Assembly (NCBI GenBank): GCA_023382265.1
Contig: JAMCPX010000015.1
Coordinates: 748 to 64,747, forward strand
DNA from: Deltaproteobacteria bacterium
Lineage (GTDB): Bacteria > JAMCPX01
Reading direction: 5' to 3'
Length of the DNA: 64,000 nt
Both the position numbers and the translations under genes were made by a program. Below, piece by piece: positions 16,254 through 27,068 of the stretch; position 1 is the stretch's first letter; each line of letters starts with the position of its first letter. The notes beneath the pieces are model-generated. The model did not search any database. It saw only the letters and a program-made list of their open reading frames with translations, and was not told the DNA's origin.

Positions 16254-19106
16254 TTATAAAACCGAACCGCACATTGAAGCAAACGGGCAGGAAGAACAAA
16301 AAGCTTTATCAGTGTTATCCCTTTCAAAGGGTATATCTTGATTCAGAATTTCCATGATAACGTTTTGTAGTGATGGGATTAATATGTTTTTCATTATATT
16401 CTCTTTATTCCCTTTAGTAAACAGAACGTGCTCTTTATTCTCCTTTACCATATATAGACTTGCATTGAGCCGGTCATAATTTACCGATGCTGCTGATGAT
16501 TTATACATGTAGAGATAAACCGGCAGTTGAAATGATTTTATGAGTCCCTTCATGGTTGCTCTATCGGTAATGGGTTTGTTGATTTCAAGTAATTTCGTGA
16601 TTCCGGGTATGGGTACCTTACTTCCAGTTTTGTAGTCAACTATAAAAATTTCATCAGCACGTTTATCTATCCTATCGATAAAACCTTTGAGTTTAATATT
16701 CCTGCCGTTTATGGGAAAATCAGCGCACTTTTTCGTTTCAAGTTCTAATATGTATGGTTTTTTATTAAAATCTTTTTTTATAAAGTCGGAAAGTAGTTTT
16801 TTTATGATCGCCTTTAGTAGGAAATACTCTCCATTATCTTCTCCGTTGAATGCTTTATTAAAACTGCCGTCGATAAGCCCGGCAAGCTCTTCTTCGCTGG
16901 CATCATTATAAGTGTACACGCCATGTTTAAACTTTTCATAAAAATCTTTAAGCACTCCATGAATAAATGAGCCTATATTCTTTGCTTCGATATCCTCCCC
17001 GAGTTCCTCAGGTTCTTTTAATCCGAGGACATATTTATAATAAAACCTGACAGGACAGTTCATGTACGTGTCTATGGCACTTGGAGAAAGCCCTTGTGCC
17101 ATGATACCGGCAACTACATCCATGATGACACGGTCCTTTTTTATCTTCGCTTTACTTTGATCCTTAATCTCTGTTTTGAATTGCTTTTTTACAAATCTTA
17201 TTCTGCCAATCAATTCATCCTTGTTGTCATTTTTTAATACGACCAGCTTATTTTTCTGTTTTTCTTCCTCCCATATTATTTCCTCTATGAATCTGCTTTT
17301 CTCTGCATCCTCTGTCTTTCTATAAATGAGGTATACCTCTTTTGCGCCTTTGATAAGCCTTCTAAAATGATACCTGAAAACATGCTCACGTTCTGTATAT
17401 GTCGGAAGTTTAAGAGCCTTCTTAACCTGAAACGGAAGAAGAGGCTCATACTTGGATACCGATGGTATAACGCCTTCATTGCAATCAAGCAGAACCACTC
17501 TGTCAAAATTCAAAATCCTTGTTTCAAGTAATCCCAGTATCTGTAAACCTGTTAACGGAATACCGTTAAACGGGATGGTTTGCATCTCGACGTAGCTGTT
17601 GAACATAGTGAAGATCCTTTGCTTTTCGAATTGTTCTTCTTTAAACCCCGAATGCCTTAATATCTCTATGATGTCCATTAAACCTTTTATAAAGGATGGT
17701 GAGAACTTATACTGTATCGCATGACTGTTTTTAAGAATGGACTGGATAACATTATCAAGGGAGTCGGCGAAATCACGAACAGCCAGCCGATCAGGCTCAA
17801 ATGGTTTAAAAAACAATCCATGTATCTCTTTTATGCGCGATTTTATCGTATCCGTACTAATTGATCTCTCTTCCGTATGGTTTAGACCGTCTATGGCATA
17901 ATTATAAAGTTTTTCGTTTTCTATATCTTCCAACTTAAGAAATACTTTACCATTGTCTATGATATATCTTTCCAATTGCTGCACAATTGCATTAATGATT
18001 TGATCATGCATGCCCTTTATATAGGGATGTTTGAGCACTCTTAAGTAATCTTTTGCATAATAATCCTTATCATCCCTTCGGGATCCCTGTGCATTAAAGA
18101 TGCTGTCGATCAAGGTATAAAACGGTGTTCTTTTCAGAGGATAGCCCATTGTAACATTGTAGTTGTAAGGGAAATAATCCATTACGTTCGACAGAAGCGA
18201 TAAAAGTGTACCTGCATCGGGTAAAACAATTGCCGTTTTGATTAGACTCGAATCGCTGTCTTTCAGTATGCTGTACACGGATTCCACCTCCTCATGCGTA
18301 TCAGAGGCTTCATACAATACTATTCTCGGCGGCTCAGTGTTTAACGGGCTATTTATATTCAGCTCTGCGTCAAGACTCTGTTTAAGGGTTGTAACAGTAT
18401 CATCTACCGATTCTATCTGAGTAAAAAATGATGCTCTCTCATTTTTGAGCAGGGTTTTTATGACCTCAGACTCTGCTTTTGTAAGTGCAATAAGCCCGGC
18501 AAAGTATATATGTTCAAATTCGTCAAGGGTCTTATCTTTTATATTTGCGGCTGCCCTGTAATAATTCAATCCCCTTGTTGTAAGTTGCATCCGATCAAGC
18601 CTGCGATGGAACTCGTTTCTTATACTTGAGAAACGGCTTAGCAGCTTCCCGATACCCTCCGGCATATTCGGCAGGTTTATGGATTTGACATTGTTATCTT
18701 CTACAAGCTCTGCATCAAACTCCTCTATTACCTTGAATATCTCAATACCCCAGAAAACAAAGCCCTCAAAGCTCTTGAAAGTATGACCTTCTATCATTCG
18801 GTCTATTCCTTTAGCGATATTGAACAGCTCATATACTGCATCCAATAATGCTATTTCCCTTACATTATTATTTGCAGCATAGTCCATAAATTCCGTTATG
18901 GTGAAAATGTGCGGCGGGAAAAATGATGATTTTAGCCTATCCGAAAGGTAGTTTACAAGGTAAATGTCCGGCCTTTTCCCGGGGAATATGACGGCATACC
19001 TTGAGAGGTCTGTATTTGTTCCAGCCCTTTCAATAAGCCTTTCCCCGATATGGGTAATCAGCGATTCTTTATATGAAAATGCCTCTATAACAGCCATAAG
19101 CCACAA
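16254..19106 (-). CDS. AddB-like PD-(D/E)XK nuclease family protein with a C-terminal Cys4 cluster
   Basis: 950 aa. C-terminal CPVRFYYKYVL ... DRIDK..IVDYKTG ... CSSCPFASMC (RecB-type nuclease plus Fe-S staple cysteines). No Walker A motif seen. Confidence 0.7.
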   Translation of the reverse strand: MWLMAVIEAFSYKESLITHIGERLIERAGTNTDLSRYAVIFPGKRPDIYLVNYLSDRLKSSFFPPHIFTITEFMDYAANNNVREIALLDAVYELFNIAKGIDRMIEGHTFKSFEGFVFWGIEIFKVIEEFDAELVEDNNVKSINLPNMPEGIGKLLSRFSSIRNEFHRRLDRMQLTTRGLNYYRAAANIKDKTLDEFEHIYFAGLIALTKAESEVIKTLLKNERASFFTQIESVDDTVTTLKQSLDAELNINSPLNTEPPRIVLYEASDTHEEVESVYSILKDSDSSLIKTAIVLPDAGTLLSLLSNVMDYFPYNYNVTMGYPLKRTPFYTLIDSIFNAQGSRRDDKDYYAKDYLRVLKHPYIKGMHDQIINAIVQQLERYIIDNGKVFLKLEDIENEKLYNYAIDGLNHTEERSISTDTIKSRIKEIHGLFFKPFEPDRLAVRDFADSLDNVIQSILKNSHAIQYKFSPSFIKGLMDIIEILRHSGFKEEQFEKQRIFTMFNSYVEMQTIPFNGIPLTGLQILGLLETRILNFDRVVLLDCNEGVIPSVSKYEPLLPFQVKKALKLPTYTEREHVFRYHFRRLIKGAKEVYLIYRKTEDAEKSRFIEEIIWEEEKQKNKLVVLKNDNKDELIGRIRFVKKQFKTEIKDQSKAKIKKDRVIMDVVAGIMAQGLSPSAIDTYMNCPVRFYYKYVLGLKEPEELGEDIEAKNIGSFIHGVLKDFYEKFKHGVYTYNDASEEELAGLIDGSFNKAFNGEDNGEYFLLKAIIKKLLSDFIKKDFNKKPYILELETKKCADFPINGRNIKLKGFIDRIDKRADEIFIVDYKTGSKVPIPGITKLLEINKPITDRATMKGLIKSFQLPVYLYMYKSSAASVNYDRLNASLYMVKENKEHVLFTKGNKENIMKNILIPSLQNVIMEILNQDIPFERDNTDKAFCSSCPFASMCGSVL

Positions 19107-19149
19107 TAATTAGCATGGATCCTGGAAAATCGGATTTTCAGCTTTTCTG

Positions 19150-20229
19150 TTAAATCTTTGCCCTCAAGTACTGCTTTGGCCATGATGCGTCGGCTTTAAG
19201 CGACCTTGCTGCATGCAATGGCCAGTAAGGGTTTCTCAATACCTCTCTCCCAAGTACGAGAGCGTCTGCAATACCTGTTGCAATGATCTGCTCTGCTTGA
19301 AAAGGCTCGGTAATCATACCCACTGCCCCTGTAGGTATGCCGGCTTCTTTTCTTATCGCTGCAGCAAACGGTGTTTGATATCCCGGGCCTTCAGGTACGA
19401 CTGCGTAAGGTACAAGCCCGCCGCTTGAGCAGTCGATCAAATCTATACCGTATTCCTTGAGTTTATGAGCAAATTTTATTGCTTGTGCAATGTCCCATCC
19501 TCCATCAACCCAATCTGTTGAAGAAACCCTTACAAAAACGGGAAGGTTATCTGGCCACAGTTTTCTTACCAACTGTGCCACCTGTAAAGGCATCCTCATA
19601 CGGTTTTCTAAACTACCGCCGTAGGTGTCCGTTCTATGATTTGAAAGCGGGGATAAAAATTCATGCAGAAGATAACCATGTGCCATGTGTATCTCAACGA
19701 CTTCGAACCCGGCTTCAATACTTCGTCTAACAGCGGATGAAAACATGGATAATACCTCATCAATATTAGGCTGTGTCATCTCCAATGGTATCTGGTAGGA
19801 GTAGGAAAAAGGAATTGGTGAGGGCCCTATCGGCTGCCATGCTTTTGCTCCATGCTCAATTGGTTTCCCGCCGTTCCACGGAGCATCTGTTGAAGCCTTG
19901 CGTCCTGCATGTGCAATCTGGATACCCGGTACAGCACCCTGTTCTTTGATGAAAGAAGTGATACGTTTAAGCGGCTGAACGTGTTTATCAGACCATATGC
20001 CAAGGTCATACGGCGAAATGCGGCCTTCCGGTGAAACAGCAGCAGCCTCGGTAATAACAAGGGCTGCTCCTCCTACCGCACGGCTGCCGAGGTGAACCAG
20101 ATGCCAATCCGTAGCAAGCCCATCTTCGCATGAATACTGGCACATCGGTGAAACAAAAATACGGTTCTTAAATTCAAGTTCCCGTAATTTTAATCTGGAA
20201 AACAATTTTGTTTCCATTAAAACCTCCAT
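19150..20229 (-). CDS. Old-yellow-enzyme family NADPH:flavin oxidoreductase (YqjM/NamA-like)
   Basis: 359 aa. NRIFVSPMCQY, HMAHGYLLHEFLSP, RVSSTDW and GMITEP motifs. Confidence 0.9.
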   Translation of the reverse strand: MEVLMETKLFSRLKLRELEFKNRIFVSPMCQYSCEDGLATDWHLVHLGSRAVGGAALVITEAAAVSPEGRISPYDLGIWSDKHVQPLKRITSFIKEQGAVPGIQIAHAGRKASTDAPWNGGKPIEHGAKAWQPIGPSPIPFSYSYQIPLEMTQPNIDEVLSMFSSAVRRSIEAGFEVVEIHMAHGYLLHEFLSPLSNHRTDTYGGSLENRMRMPLQVAQLVRKLWPDNLPVFVRVSSTDWVDGGWDIAQAIKFAHKLKEYGIDLIDCSSGGLVPYAVVPEGPGYQTPFAAAIRKEAGIPTGAVGMITEPFQAEQIIATGIADALVLGREVLRNPYWPLHAARSLKADASWPKQYLRAKI

Positions 20230-20343
20230 ATTAACAATATGGATTTATATAATTCAAATAAAGAAAAAAGTGAAGCAGGAATTGTTTGAGAGGTACTGAC
20301 AGAAGGCTTATTTTAGCGGCGTACAGTTAGGTATGCAGCTTTA

Positions 20344-21117
20344 TCATCGGTTCTCAAGCTTTTTCCCTACAGCAGCCCAGCTCTTCGGATCAATAAGGTA
20401 ACTGTAATGTGTAAATGGCGTAGCCTCGATCTTTGTAGTACCATCCATAGCAGCTGACTCGGACGGCAGTATCATCAGATCGTTTTTGCTCCAGAATGTT
20501 ACTCCGCGTACACCCTTTGGCCAGTGTTTTTTTTCTAATTCTTTTATGAGTTTGCTGTCCGGTCTGATTTCCCTTATTATTGCCGTGTTTGCATAGCGTG
20601 CAGAGTACGTCCCATGGTGCGGACTGCCAAGAGTTATTAGTGTTTTAACATGAGGCGAAAGCCTGTATTTGCTTATTGCTAAACGCGAAATTAAGCCGCC
20701 AAGACTGTGGGCAACGATCTCAACCTGATTTTCTCCTGTGACCTTTCTAACGTCATTGATAAAACGTGCAAGGGCTGCGGTCATACTTTTGATAGATTGT
20801 TCAGAATCAAAGTGAATCTTATAACTGCGTCTCCTGCCCAGCAGCCGGAGATACCATGACATGAGAAGGAAGTTTCCCCTGTTTCCTCCAAAACCATGAA
20901 CAAATATAAGCGGCGGATATCCGTCGGACTTGATAGGATCAAGTTTTTCATGTCTTGAAACCAATAACGAATAGCTTAGCAGGGGAATCTGTAAAAGATG
21001 GCGTATAACATCAGGGTCTATCTTGTTGTAATTTTTGACAACCTTACTGCCTATGAAAACGCCTGTTTTTACAGTTGTACTGCCTATTTTATGCATGATT
21101 GATTGTGATCTTTTCAT
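20344..21117 (-). CDS. Alpha/beta-hydrolase, lipase/esterase-like
   Basis: 257 aa. HGFGGN oxyanion motif and AHSLGG nucleophile elbow. Confidence 0.75.
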   Translation of the reverse strand: MKRSQSIMHKIGSTTVKTGVFIGSKVVKNYNKIDPDVIRHLLQIPLLSYSLLVSRHEKLDPIKSDGYPPLIFVHGFGGNRGNFLLMSWYLRLLGRRRSYKIHFDSEQSIKSMTAALARFINDVRKVTGENQVEIVAHSLGGLISRLAISKYRLSPHVKTLITLGSPHHGTYSARYANTAIIREIRPDSKLIKELEKKHWPKGVRGVTFWSKNDLMILPSESAAMDGTTKIEATPFTHYSYLIDPKSWAAVGKKLENR

Positions 21118-21188
21118 ATATAAAAATATGTCTTATACCTTACACAAATCGAAAATGTATGTCAAACTAATACGGACTGTTACAACGC

Positions 21189-21209
21189 CCTCCTTCTGGT
21201 AATGGGAGG
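21189..21209. repeat. Hairpin repeat CCTCCTTCTGGTAATGGGAGG (copy 2 of 2)
   Basis: 20/21 identical to 2189..2209. CCCTCC/GGGAGG 6-bp stem. Lies between the FadL-like and lipase genes. Confidence 0.7.
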
Positions 21210-21329
21210 ATGGTGTGGTTTAACATGGCTATCCATATAACACAGGAAAAGTCACAGATTGGAATTTCGTTAAAAACGCATTTGAAAATAAGAAAGTCAA
21301 AATCATTGCCTTGTAAAGATTGTTTAAAC

Positions 21330-22667
21330 TCAGAACTTATAAGATATCTCAAACCCTGTATCGACTATATAACCTTTGCTCTCATATCCGGGATAACCTG
21401 GGTTCTGGATGCCTGCTGTTATCGGGTCAGCATCGACGGCTATGCTTTTGTACGTTTTTCTGTCGCCGAGTATAATGCCCTGCACATGGACAGTATAGGT
21501 GAGAAATCCGTCATCATACGGCTGGATATAGCTTGCACCTGTTGAAATGACATTTTGTACATTATCAACATAGTTGGTACTCCTCATTTGAGGAGGTACA
21601 GGTGTCGGCTCGTAATAATAACCTCCCATAATGCGCCACGAAGAATTAAGCCTATAATTAACCCCTATCCTCGGTATATATATGTCATCAAACGCCTGGC
21701 CTGGATAGGTAACACCTGTTTTTGGATCAGTGTATGATTCATCCTGCGGCTTTACCCCATGATTGTCTACGTAACCTGACCATCCTACCCATGTAAGCTC
21801 GCCGTCTAATTCCAGATCATCTATGGGCTTATACATAACAGCTATAGATGCGTGAGCTGGTGTATAAAACAGTATCTGTTTTATTGTTTGTGTGAATTGA
21901 TTTGATATAAGCCCCGGGATATTGAACGATTGTGGCATATGAACATAAGCCGCTCCCACTATAGGGAAATCGTCTGCACTCATATATGAGGCACCAACCT
22001 TGAAACGATCGGATGGGTTAAATAGAATACCGAGGTTTGCTACATAGGTATACTTCTGCGTATTAGCTACATTCATATACCATATTGACTGATTAAGCGG
22101 ATTGGGAAAGTACTCGTAAGAGTATGTCATTGACTTGATAAATAAGGATACGCCGCCGCCTATTGAGAGGTAAGGCAATATCTTGAGTGCAATCGTAGGC
22201 AGGATAATCTGTTGCTCTGTTGTATTTTCAAGAAACTCAAAATAAAGCTTATTTGTAAAAAACGCCTCACTTGCATCCGGGTAATGTGCAATCTGCTGCA
22301 TGACATCCCCTAAAGGGGTATAAACACTAATACCCACGTACAAAAATTTTAGTCCGAAATTATGGGTAATTCCGGCAGAAAGCCCTTCTATATTCGTATC
22401 GTCTGTATTTTGAAGACCGGAGCCGAACGGCTTTGTATATAGGTGATCAAAGGCGATCAGGAATTGTGCACCCATTGATTCTTTTGTTTGTGTAATACCC
22501 GCGGGATTGTAGTATGTTGCAGTCCAATCATCGGCAGAAGCAGCACGCGCATTACCCATTGCAATACCTTTTGAATCGACACCGAATGTGTCATACACAT
22601 TTGCGTAAACAGAACTGTTAACAGTGAGAATTAACAGCGCGATTAAAAACATTATTGTCTTATTCAT
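21330..22667 (-). CDS. Outer-membrane transport protein (OMPP1/FadL/TodX family)
   Basis: 445 aa. Signal peptide (SSVYA), N-terminal GNARAASADDWTATYYNPAG motif, beta-rich sequence, and a C-terminal aromatic residue (..SYKF). Confidence 0.8.
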   Translation of the reverse strand: MNKTIMFLIALLILTVNSSVYANVYDTFGVDSKGIAMGNARAASADDWTATYYNPAGITQTKESMGAQFLIAFDHLYTKPFGSGLQNTDDTNIEGLSAGITHNFGLKFLYVGISVYTPLGDVMQQIAHYPDASEAFFTNKLYFEFLENTTEQQIILPTIALKILPYLSIGGGVSLFIKSMTYSYEYFPNPLNQSIWYMNVANTQKYTYVANLGILFNPSDRFKVGASYMSADDFPIVGAAYVHMPQSFNIPGLISNQFTQTIKQILFYTPAHASIAVMYKPIDDLELDGELTWVGWSGYVDNHGVKPQDESYTDPKTGVTYPGQAFDDIYIPRIGVNYRLNSSWRIMGGYYYEPTPVPPQMRSTNYVDNVQNVISTGASYIQPYDDGFLTYTVHVQGIILGDRKTYKSIAVDADPITAGIQNPGYPGYESKGYIVDTGFEISYKF

Positions 22668-22754
22668 TTTTTCTTCCTTTTTTATAGATTGAATTAACTA
22701 TTTCATTAACTACAAATTATTGCATAAGACAACATATAATGTTAACAGGTATAC

Positions 22755-23177
22755 ATGAGAGAGTACAAAAACCCCGTACCAACGGTAGACATTATTATTG
22801 AAACGGATAATAAGTTGATTCTTATAGAAAGAAAAAATCCGCCTTACGGATGGGCAATACCGGGTGGTTTTGTAGATTATGGTGAATCACTTGAGACCGC
22901 TGCGCAAAGAGAGGCTCTTGAAGAAACATCACTCGAAGTAAGTCTTATCGAACAATTTTATACATACTCTGCTCCTTCAAGGGACCCGAGGTACCATACA
23001 ATCACAACAGTATTTATAGCGAGACCATTTAAAGGTGAACCAAAAGCGGAGGATGATGCAAAGTCTTTAAAACTATTTACACAGCATGACTTACCCGATA
23101 ATATTGCGTTTGATCACAGAATGGTATTGCAGGATTATTATGAATATAAAAAAACGGGTAAAAGACCAAAGCCGTAA
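22755..23177 (+). CDS. NUDIX hydrolase
   Basis: 140 aa. Nudix box [24 protein letters not shown]. Confidence 0.85.
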   Translation: MREYKNPVPTVDIIIETDNKLILIERKNPPYGWAIPGGFVDYGESLETAAQREALEETSLEVSLIEQFYTYSAPSRDPRYHTITTVFIARPFKGEPKAEDDAKSLKLFTQHDLPDNIAFDHRMVLQDYYEYKKTGKRPKP

Positions 23178-23182
23178 ATGAT

Positions 23183-23764
23183 ATGTCGGAGCTTAATTTA
23201 CAGGAGCAAAAAGAACTTTTAATACTCGCAAGGAATACGCTGGAATCTTATTTAAAAGATAGAAAAATTCCGGAGTATGAAACAACAAACCCTGCACTTT
23301 TAAGGAAAGCCGGTGCGTTTGTAACATTGAATAAGCATCACACACTCAGAGGATGTATCGGTAATTTTGTTTCTACGGATCCAATCTGTAAAAATGTGCA
23401 GATAATGGCTATTGCTGCTGCGGTTGAAGACCCAAGATTTCGCAATGTCACATTTAAAGAGCTACAAGATATTGATATTGAAATCTCTGTCCTATCAGAA
23501 CTTCAGTTAGTACAAAGCCCGGACGAGATCAAAATAGGAGAGCATGGTATTTATATTACGAAGGGTTTTTACAGAGGAGTTTTATTACCGCAGGTTGCAA
23601 CGGAGTATGGATGGGATAGAGACACATTTTTAAGTGAAACGTGTATCAAAGCAGGACTTCCGCCAAACGAATGGAAGAAAGGCGGTATAAAGATTGAAAA
23701 ATTCAGTGCCCAGGTTTTTAATGAAAAGGAATTGCTGGATTGCAGGGTTGAGACAGAGGTTTAA
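23183..23764 (+). CDS. AMMECR1-domain protein (AmmeMemoRadiSam system protein A-like)
   Basis: 193 aa. GAFVTL...LRGCIG and PRF motifs. Confidence 0.8.
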   Translation: MSELNLQEQKELLILARNTLESYLKDRKIPEYETTNPALLRKAGAFVTLNKHHTLRGCIGNFVSTDPICKNVQIMAIAAAVEDPRFRNVTFKELQDIDIEISVLSELQLVQSPDEIKIGEHGIYITKGFYRGVLLPQVATEYGWDRDTFLSETCIKAGLPPNEWKKGGIKIEKFSAQVFNEKELLDCRVETEV

Positions 23765-23797
23765 AATAGTGAGCCCATGCCTTTAATATTGTATAAG

Positions 23798-24937
23798 TTA
23801 AAACAAGCCTGATAAAAGGCTGACTGGCTCTTTGTTGAGAACGGATGATATAAACCCCTGAACAACAAGATTCTCCGCTTCATCGCGGGGTATACCGCGG
23901 CTTTTTATATAAAACATTGCATCTTCATCAACAGAACCTGAGCTTGCACTATGTGAGGCTTCTACCTCATCCTCATCTATCCAGAGGCTTGGAATGCCGT
24001 CAAAACGAGCCGTATTCCCGAGGGTGATGGCTTTTTCAGCCTGCTCTACCTTTGAGTTTTTTGCACCGGGCGCTACGTATGTTAATGCCCTGTAATTAAG
24101 TCTTGAATTATCCCTGATAGCTGCTCTAACATGCACCGAAGTTGACGTCCGGGGTGCTCTGTGGAATGTTTCATAAGATACATCTTTCTGAGCATCTCCG
24201 GAGCCTATTATAACGCTTAACATTCTGCTTTCGCCGTAGGGAGCATAAAGCATTGAACGGGTGCTTATAACAGTATTTACAGCCTCAAGATCAATATTGT
24301 ACCAGTTGATCCTGGCATGCTCTCCAACCACCGCCCTTTTTATTGCAGTATAAAAAGAATCGTGCCTTGATTTATTTAATGTAACATAATTAAGTGTTGA
24401 GCCTTTGCCTAAATAAACCTCTACATTATCAAATATCAAGGCTGTATTATCCGTTTTTATAATTCTAAGTAATGTCATGTTTGTTTCCGGCTCAATCATA
24501 ATAAGATCATGATGGACCATTAAACTATTATGTTGTGTAGATTTAACGAATTCCACAACAGGCTTGTCAGGGCTTGACTTTACATGCATTGAAAAACCAT
24601 TCAAATAAGACCTATCTATTTGAAGAAAAATATCATCCATGGAATGGAACTTTCCCCTGTTATCAGTATCCAATTTCATAAGTTTAAACAGATGATTACT
24701 TTGTTTTTCTGCATCTATTTTATCTAATAAAACATAAGGATTCAGATGTGAGCCGTTCCGTGTAATATAGCCGTCAATATTACCTATAACAGATTCGTGA
24801 TTTAGAGTTTTTGCAATATGATCTGCATAGTCTCGATATGCTTCTGCACTGCCATTGGATGCGGGATTCAAATCAGCAAGATTTATTAATTTTGTATCAA
24901 ATCTTTTCCATTGAGGTAAAACGATATTTATCGACAT
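23798..24937 (-). CDS. sufD: Fe-S cluster assembly protein SufD
   Basis: 379 aa. SufB/SufD beta-helix family. Last gene of the sufC-sufB-sufD order. Confidence 0.8.
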   Translation of the reverse strand: MSINIVLPQWKRFDTKLINLADLNPASNGSAEAYRDYADHIAKTLNHESVIGNIDGYITRNGSHLNPYVLLDKIDAEKQSNHLFKLMKLDTDNRGKFHSMDDIFLQIDRSYLNGFSMHVKSSPDKPVVEFVKSTQHNSLMVHHDLIMIEPETNMTLLRIIKTDNTALIFDNVEVYLGKGSTLNYVTLNKSRHDSFYTAIKRAVVGEHARINWYNIDLEAVNTVISTRSMLYAPYGESRMLSVIIGSGDAQKDVSYETFHRAPRTSTSVHVRAAIRDNSRLNYRALTYVAPGAKNSKVEQAEKAITLGNTARFDGIPSLWIDEDEVEASHSASSGSVDEDAMFYIKSRGIPRDEAENLVVQGFISSVLNKEPVSLLSGLF

Positions 24938-24938
24938 G

Positions 24939-26327
24939 TTACGCGCCTTTCATTTCGAGCTGGATCAGCCTGTTAAGTTCGACTGCATAACCCATTGGAA
25001 GCTCTTTTGCGATTGGTTCAATAAATCCTCTTACAATGAGGGCCACAGCATCATCTCTCGGTATGCCCCTGCTCATAAGATAAAACAACTGTTCTTCATC
25101 TATCTTGCCCACAGTTGCCTCATGTCCAACCGATGAATTAGGGTTTAATTGTTCTATAATGGGGACCGTATCAACAGATGATTTGTTATCAAGAAGTAAT
25201 GATTGACATTCTACGTGTGCCTTTGCACCGATTGCCTTTTTACCTATTCTCACAAGTCCTCTGTAAACAGATGTCCCGCCGTCTTTACATATACTCTTTG
25301 AAATAACGCTTGCACTCGTGTTTGGTGCTAAGAGTATTACCTTTGCGCCTGTATCCTTGTTTTGGCCATTGCCTGCAAATGCAACATTAAGATGCTCTGC
25401 CTTTGCACCCATACCGATGAGTATTGACGCAGGATAAAGCATTGTTACGCCGCTGCCCATTGAGCCTCCTATCCACTCCATTATACCATTCTCTTCAACA
25501 ATTGACCTTTTTGTATTGAGATTATAAACATCCGTACTCCAATTCTGTATGGTTGTATATCTTGCCCTTGCGTTTGCTTTTACAAAGATCTCAACAACCG
25601 CTGAGTGCAGAGAACTTACACTGTATCTCGGTGCAGTGCATCCTTCTATATAATGAACCTCTGCACCGGATTCCACAACAATAAGCGTATGCTCAAACTG
25701 TCCCGATGATTTTGTATTCATCCTGAAATATGTCTGCAAAGGTATTTCTACGTTTACGTTTTTGGGCACATACACAAAGCTACCGCCGCTCCATACGGCA
25801 CCATGAAGTGCTGCAAATTTGTTATCATTGGGAGGAACACATTGTGTCATAAAGTATTCTTTTACAAGGTCAGGATAATCCCTGACGGCAGAATCCATAT
25901 CGGTAAAAATAACACCCTTATCTTCCCATGCCTTTTTCAGGTTTGTATAAACAGCTTCTGACTCATACTGGGCTACGAGTCCTGCAAGATATTTTTTTTC
26001 AGCCTCCGGGATACCTAGTGCATCATAAGTCTTTTTTATCTGCTCCGGAACGTCATCCCATTTTAATGCCTTATAATCCTCGGGTCTTATGTAAAATATG
26101 ATTTCATCAAAATTAAGCTTTGATAAGTCGGGTCCCCACTTGGGCATAGGCTTTTCTTTAAAGATCCTGTATGATTCAAGCCGTTTTTCAAGCATCCATG
26201 CAGGCTCTCTTTTTTGTTTCGATATTTCCCTTATGATATCTTCATTTAAACCTTTTACAGTCTTAAATGCATAAGGAGATCCTGCAGGTTGTGTTGTGGT
26301 TTTGTCAACTTCCCGGACCTCTTCCAT
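24939..26327 (-). CDS. sufB: Fe-S cluster assembly scaffold SufB
   Basis: 462 aa. Conserved SufB C-terminal region (HEATVGKIDEEQLFYLMSRGI). Confidence 0.9.
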   Translation of the reverse strand: MEEVREVDKTTTQPAGSPYAFKTVKGLNEDIIREISKQKREPAWMLEKRLESYRIFKEKPMPKWGPDLSKLNFDEIIFYIRPEDYKALKWDDVPEQIKKTYDALGIPEAEKKYLAGLVAQYESEAVYTNLKKAWEDKGVIFTDMDSAVRDYPDLVKEYFMTQCVPPNDNKFAALHGAVWSGGSFVYVPKNVNVEIPLQTYFRMNTKSSGQFEHTLIVVESGAEVHYIEGCTAPRYSVSSLHSAVVEIFVKANARARYTTIQNWSTDVYNLNTKRSIVEENGIMEWIGGSMGSGVTMLYPASILIGMGAKAEHLNVAFAGNGQNKDTGAKVILLAPNTSASVISKSICKDGGTSVYRGLVRIGKKAIGAKAHVECQSLLLDNKSSVDTVPIIEQLNPNSSVGHEATVGKIDEEQLFYLMSRGIPRDDAVALIVRGFIEPIAKELPMGYAVELNRLIQLEMKGA

Positions 26328-27068
26328 TTATAACTCCTTTAACCATTCATAACCCGTTTGATCGAGTTGTTGCGCAAGCTCATATCCGCCGGACTTCGCA
26401 ATCTTACCATCCATCATTATATGCACAAACTGCGGCTTTATATAATCAAGTATGCGCTGATAATGTGTTATAAGTAAAAGGGTTAAGTTATTTTCTTTTA
26501 TGAGCTTGTTTATACCCTCAGATACAAATTTTAATGCATCTATATCAAGTCCAGAATCTATCTCGTCAAGCACAGCGAATCTTGGCAAAAGTACAGCCAT
26601 CTGAAGTATTTCATTGCGTTTTTTTTCACCACCGGAAAAACCTTCATTCAAATACCTGTCAAGAAATGATTGTGGAATATCCATTGCATTCAACCTTTTT
26701 AAAATCGTTTTATGAAAGGCAAGTATAGGGACATCCTTACCTTCTTTTGCAGTAACAGCTGTTCTTAAAAAATTTTCTACAGAAACCCCGGATACCTCTA
26801 TCGGATACTGAAAGCCTAAAAAGATACCAAGCCGTGCTCTATCATCCACAGGCATGTCAACAATGGATTTGCCTTCAAATAGGATATCGCCTGATGTAAT
26901 TTTGTATTTGGGATGACCCATAATGGTATAAGATAAAGTTGATTTACCAGAGCCGTTTGGGCCCATGATAACATGAGTTTCAGAAAGATTTATGCTAAGA
27001 TTAAGTCCTTTAATAATCTCCTTACCTTCTACCTCTACTTTTAACCCATTTATCTCAATTAATGACAT
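26328..27068 (-). CDS. sufC: Fe-S cluster assembly ATPase SufC
   Basis: 246 aa. Walker [10 protein letters not shown], signature FSGGEKKR, and Walker [12 protein letters not shown]. Confidence 0.92.
   Translation of the reverse strand: MSLIEINGLKVEVEGKEIIKGLNLSINLSETHVIMGPNGSGKSTLSYTIMGHPKYKITSGDILFEGKSIVDMPVDDRARLGIFLGFQYPIEVSGVSVENFLRTAVTAKEGKDVPILAFHKTILKRLNAMDIPQSFLDRYLNEGFSGGEKKRNEILQMAVLLPRFAVLDEIDSGLDIDALKFVSEGINKLIKENNLTLLLITHYQRILDYIKPQFVHIMMDGKIAKSGGYELAQQLDQTGYEWLKEL

Noticed and set aside
2189-21209. The two CCTCC hairpin copies start exactly 19,000 nt apart.
   Set aside because: The flanking genes are unrelated and nothing else is duplicated. This is a numerical coincidence.
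21167-21545. ORFs 21167..21352 (minus) and 21210..21545 (plus).
   Set aside because: They span the CCTCC hairpin repeat and the 3' end of the FadL-like gene in wrong frames. They are typical repeat-generated spurious ORFs.
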